From NCBI GenBank assembly GCA_964558645.1, contig CAZLEV010000014.1, positions 1 to 64,000 on the forward strand: 64,000 bases of DNA. The letters are read 5' to 3'. This DNA comes from an uncultured archaeon. Its GTDB lineage: Archaea > Asgardarchaeota > Thorarchaeia > Thorarchaeales > Thorarchaeaceae. Of this stretch, positions 62,290 through 64,000 are shown in pieces. The translations under genes and the position numbers were made by a program. The notes below the pieces were generated by a model, which was not told the origin of the DNA, ran no database searches, and was given only the letters and a program-made list of their open reading frames with translations. Within the stretch, counting starts at the first letter, position 1, and each line of letters opens with the position of its first letter.

Positions 62290-62736
62290 ATGACTCTTGA
62301 ACGGGGAGTACTGGAGAGCATCTGCAGACTTGTGATGGAGCTGAGCATGAGAAAGCGTCGTGGGCTACACACCATGACACTGAGGAGGATCAAGAGGCTC
62401 TTGGAGACGATGGGCTGGTCGGTCATCCTAGAGTTCGAGACCTATTTCGACACGGTCATCAGATACAGGAAAAAGTTGTCGCGGGTGCGTGGCTTTATCG
62501 ATCTCCTTGCTCGGAAGGGAGAGAGGCAGGTCATTGCTGTGGTGTTCGACAACACCAACGTCCTGAAGTATCGGAGCATCGAGAAACTCCTGCAACATCC
62601 GGGGATGGTGATAGGAATGACCGCCGGTCGCTATGGGGTGGACAATCGGGCACGGATTGAACGGGTCATGCGGGAACGGGGGCAGTGGAGATGCTCGGAG
62701 TTCTGGCTGATAGAGGTGGGTCAGGAGAGGATTTAG
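62290..62736 (+). CDS. Basic protein with restriction-endonuclease-like (PD-(D/E)XK) pattern
   Basis: GWSVILEF...GFIDLLARKG..VIAVVFD...SIEKL. The expected second acidic residue appears to be V, so it may be inactive. Confidence 0.5.
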   Translation: MTLERGVLESICRLVMELSMRKRRGLHTMTLRRIKRLLETMGWSVILEFETYFDTVIRYRKKLSRVRGFIDLLARKGERQVIAVVFDNTNVLKYRSIEKLLQHPGMVIGMTAGRYGVDNRARIERVMRERGQWRCSEFWLIEVGQERI

Positions 62737-62885
62737 CGATTTGTCGGCGATTTCAGTCCCGTGTCAGAGGAGTGGGTTCTGGACTCTCAAGGTCGGCTGA
62801 ACCTGCAGTAATGTTTCATAGCTAGATTAGGAATAGTGGCTAGTCATGAAGAGGTTTATGAACCCTCAGGCATCTTTTCTAACAG

Positions 62886-63395
62886 ATGGTAGTCGTGGAC
62901 GAATCTCATCTAGAACACATTCACAGGGTTCGGGGAGAGCAATGGACCATCATCATCACAGCGATTCTTTTTGGCTTGACTCTTAACCTGACATCCGACT
63001 TCATCAGTTCAGTTTATGACGTGTCTGTTGATTCAGCTACTTTGGCAGTTAGAGGTATTGTTGCAGGTCTAGCCTCTCTCGTCACAATAGCCACGATGTG
63101 GTGGCTAGCAGTTCGCAGTCTGAGTCCTCTATGCAAGGTACAACGTGATATCCAAGTTTCATATTTCTTCGATACTGACACTGGATATCCGCATGATGTT
63201 CCCGGATACCCTCCCACGGAGAGGGTTCTTTCCGAGTTTGCTCGATCTACAGAGAAGCAAAAGGAGGAATTCAGTCAGGCAATAAGGAAGGCGGGCGAAT
63301 CGACGAAGTCTGCCACATCGGAGCTCCCAAATCTGGTTCCTTTCCTCGAACTTCTCACAATGCTCAGGCGGAATGAGCTCAGAAAACCTCGTTGA
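62886..63395 (+). pseudogene. Two-TM membrane protein, probably 3'-truncated
   Basis: Two TM helices then a soluble region. Overlaps the convergent ORF by 237 bp. Confidence 0.5.
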
Positions 63396-63707
63396 CTTAA
63401 GGGCATTCCACCGAGTAGGCAGGATTATGTAGTAATGTTCACCAGTTGCCATGTCCCGTGCCACCCGGGTGACATCCCTCAATGATTCCTGCAAATAACA
63501 CTCCATCCTCTCTCGTTCCCTCTTGACCAGGAAGTACTGCTCTAGGCTAATTGCTCCCAGAAAGCCCAATAGCGAACCGATTATATCAGGGCAGAATTGA
63601 TGATATCCAAAAACGGAGGGCACTATGAGGAAACTTATTGATATGGCAAAAACGTTCACAGCCGCCTTTCTCCACCAATTGAGCCGTGAATCGAATGATG
63701 TTGACAT
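63159..63707 (-). pseudogene. Two-TM membrane protein, probably 3'-truncated
   Basis: Two TM helices and LPTRWNALKS. Beyond about 63360 the translation becomes Arg/Leu-rich antisense of the neighbouring ORF. Confidence 0.5.
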
Positions 63708-63804
63708 GATTAGGTTCCCAATCGCATTTCAGAGCTTGGGCATGTTAGTATCACCTAATGTTTCTGCGCCGTTTCCGTGAACGTGAAGCCGAAAATATTA
63801 GGAT

Positions 63805-64000
63805 TTACGATTTCTGACCCTCCAGTATATCCTGAATCACCATCAGTTTCTCCGTCATACGCTTCCCCTTCTCGGTGATCACCAGAAAGGTCTTGGGTCG
63901 AGCGCCCTCCTCCATCTCCTCCCGGATGATGCTTATCCATGGCGATTTGCTCTGAATTCCCTGACTTGATTTAGGTTGTTTCATGCCTTCGAGTTGCATA
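63805..64000 (-). CDS. Winged-helix DNA-binding protein, C-terminal part (may start beyond the window)
   Basis: IIREEMEEGARPKTFLVITEKGKRM is a wHTH wing plus the (L/I)TEKG motif. Confidence 0.65.
   Translation of the reverse strand, partial: MQLEGMKQPKSSQGIQSKSPWISIIREEMEEGARPKTFLVITEKGKRMTEKLMVIQDILEGQKS

Larger units (their letters stand above)
53935..64000. mobile_element. Putative mobile/accessory segment bounded on one side by the tnpB right end; other boundary not identified
   Basis: Truncated host gene at the junction, higher GC by eye over 54-62.7 kb, nuclease genes and gene fragments. The missing 5' half of the host gene is not in the window. Confidence 0.45.

Overview
Archaeal genomic DNA, most likely an Asgard archaeon of the Thorarchaeia type. 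This is inferred from longin-domain proteins, a longin-Arf-like GTPase fusion, NosD/Ig-repeat surface proteins and a metabolic gene set typical of that group. The window has three zones. (1) 1-8.9 kb is an accessory zone with two toxin-antitoxin modules, gene fragments and small cargo blocks. The blocks are separated by three orphan copies of the 3' end of the DUF35/OB-fold gene at 8926-9585, each with its own terminator-like hairpin, consistent with a hotspot of repeated integration into a protein-coding gene end. A vapC gene here is broken by a 29-bp duplication plus a 38-bp insert that has the geometry of a CRISPR spacer-acquisition event. (2) 8.9-53 kb is mostly housekeeping and Asgard-typical: thiolases, DUF35, SCP2, acyl-CoA dehydrogenase, panB, a P-type ATPase with an unusual TM4 motif (PINIP), an S8 protease with site-1-protease-like layout, GH36, leuB/C/D-like genes, a longin/GTPase/coiled-coil/2361-aa surface protein cluster, and biotin carboxyltransferase plus carrier. 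(3) 53.9-64 kb is a visibly more GC-rich, apparently mobile segment. A 719-aa TnpB/Cas12-like RuvC nuclease ends about 30 bp from a 5'-truncated host gene and is transcribed divergently from a ~1880-aa protein with RecB-type PD-(D/E)XK nuclease, P-loop-like and TPR-like motifs, with no transposase or CRISPR array in view. No rRNA, tRNA or true CRISPR array was found. All calls come from reading motifs by eye; no database searches were run.
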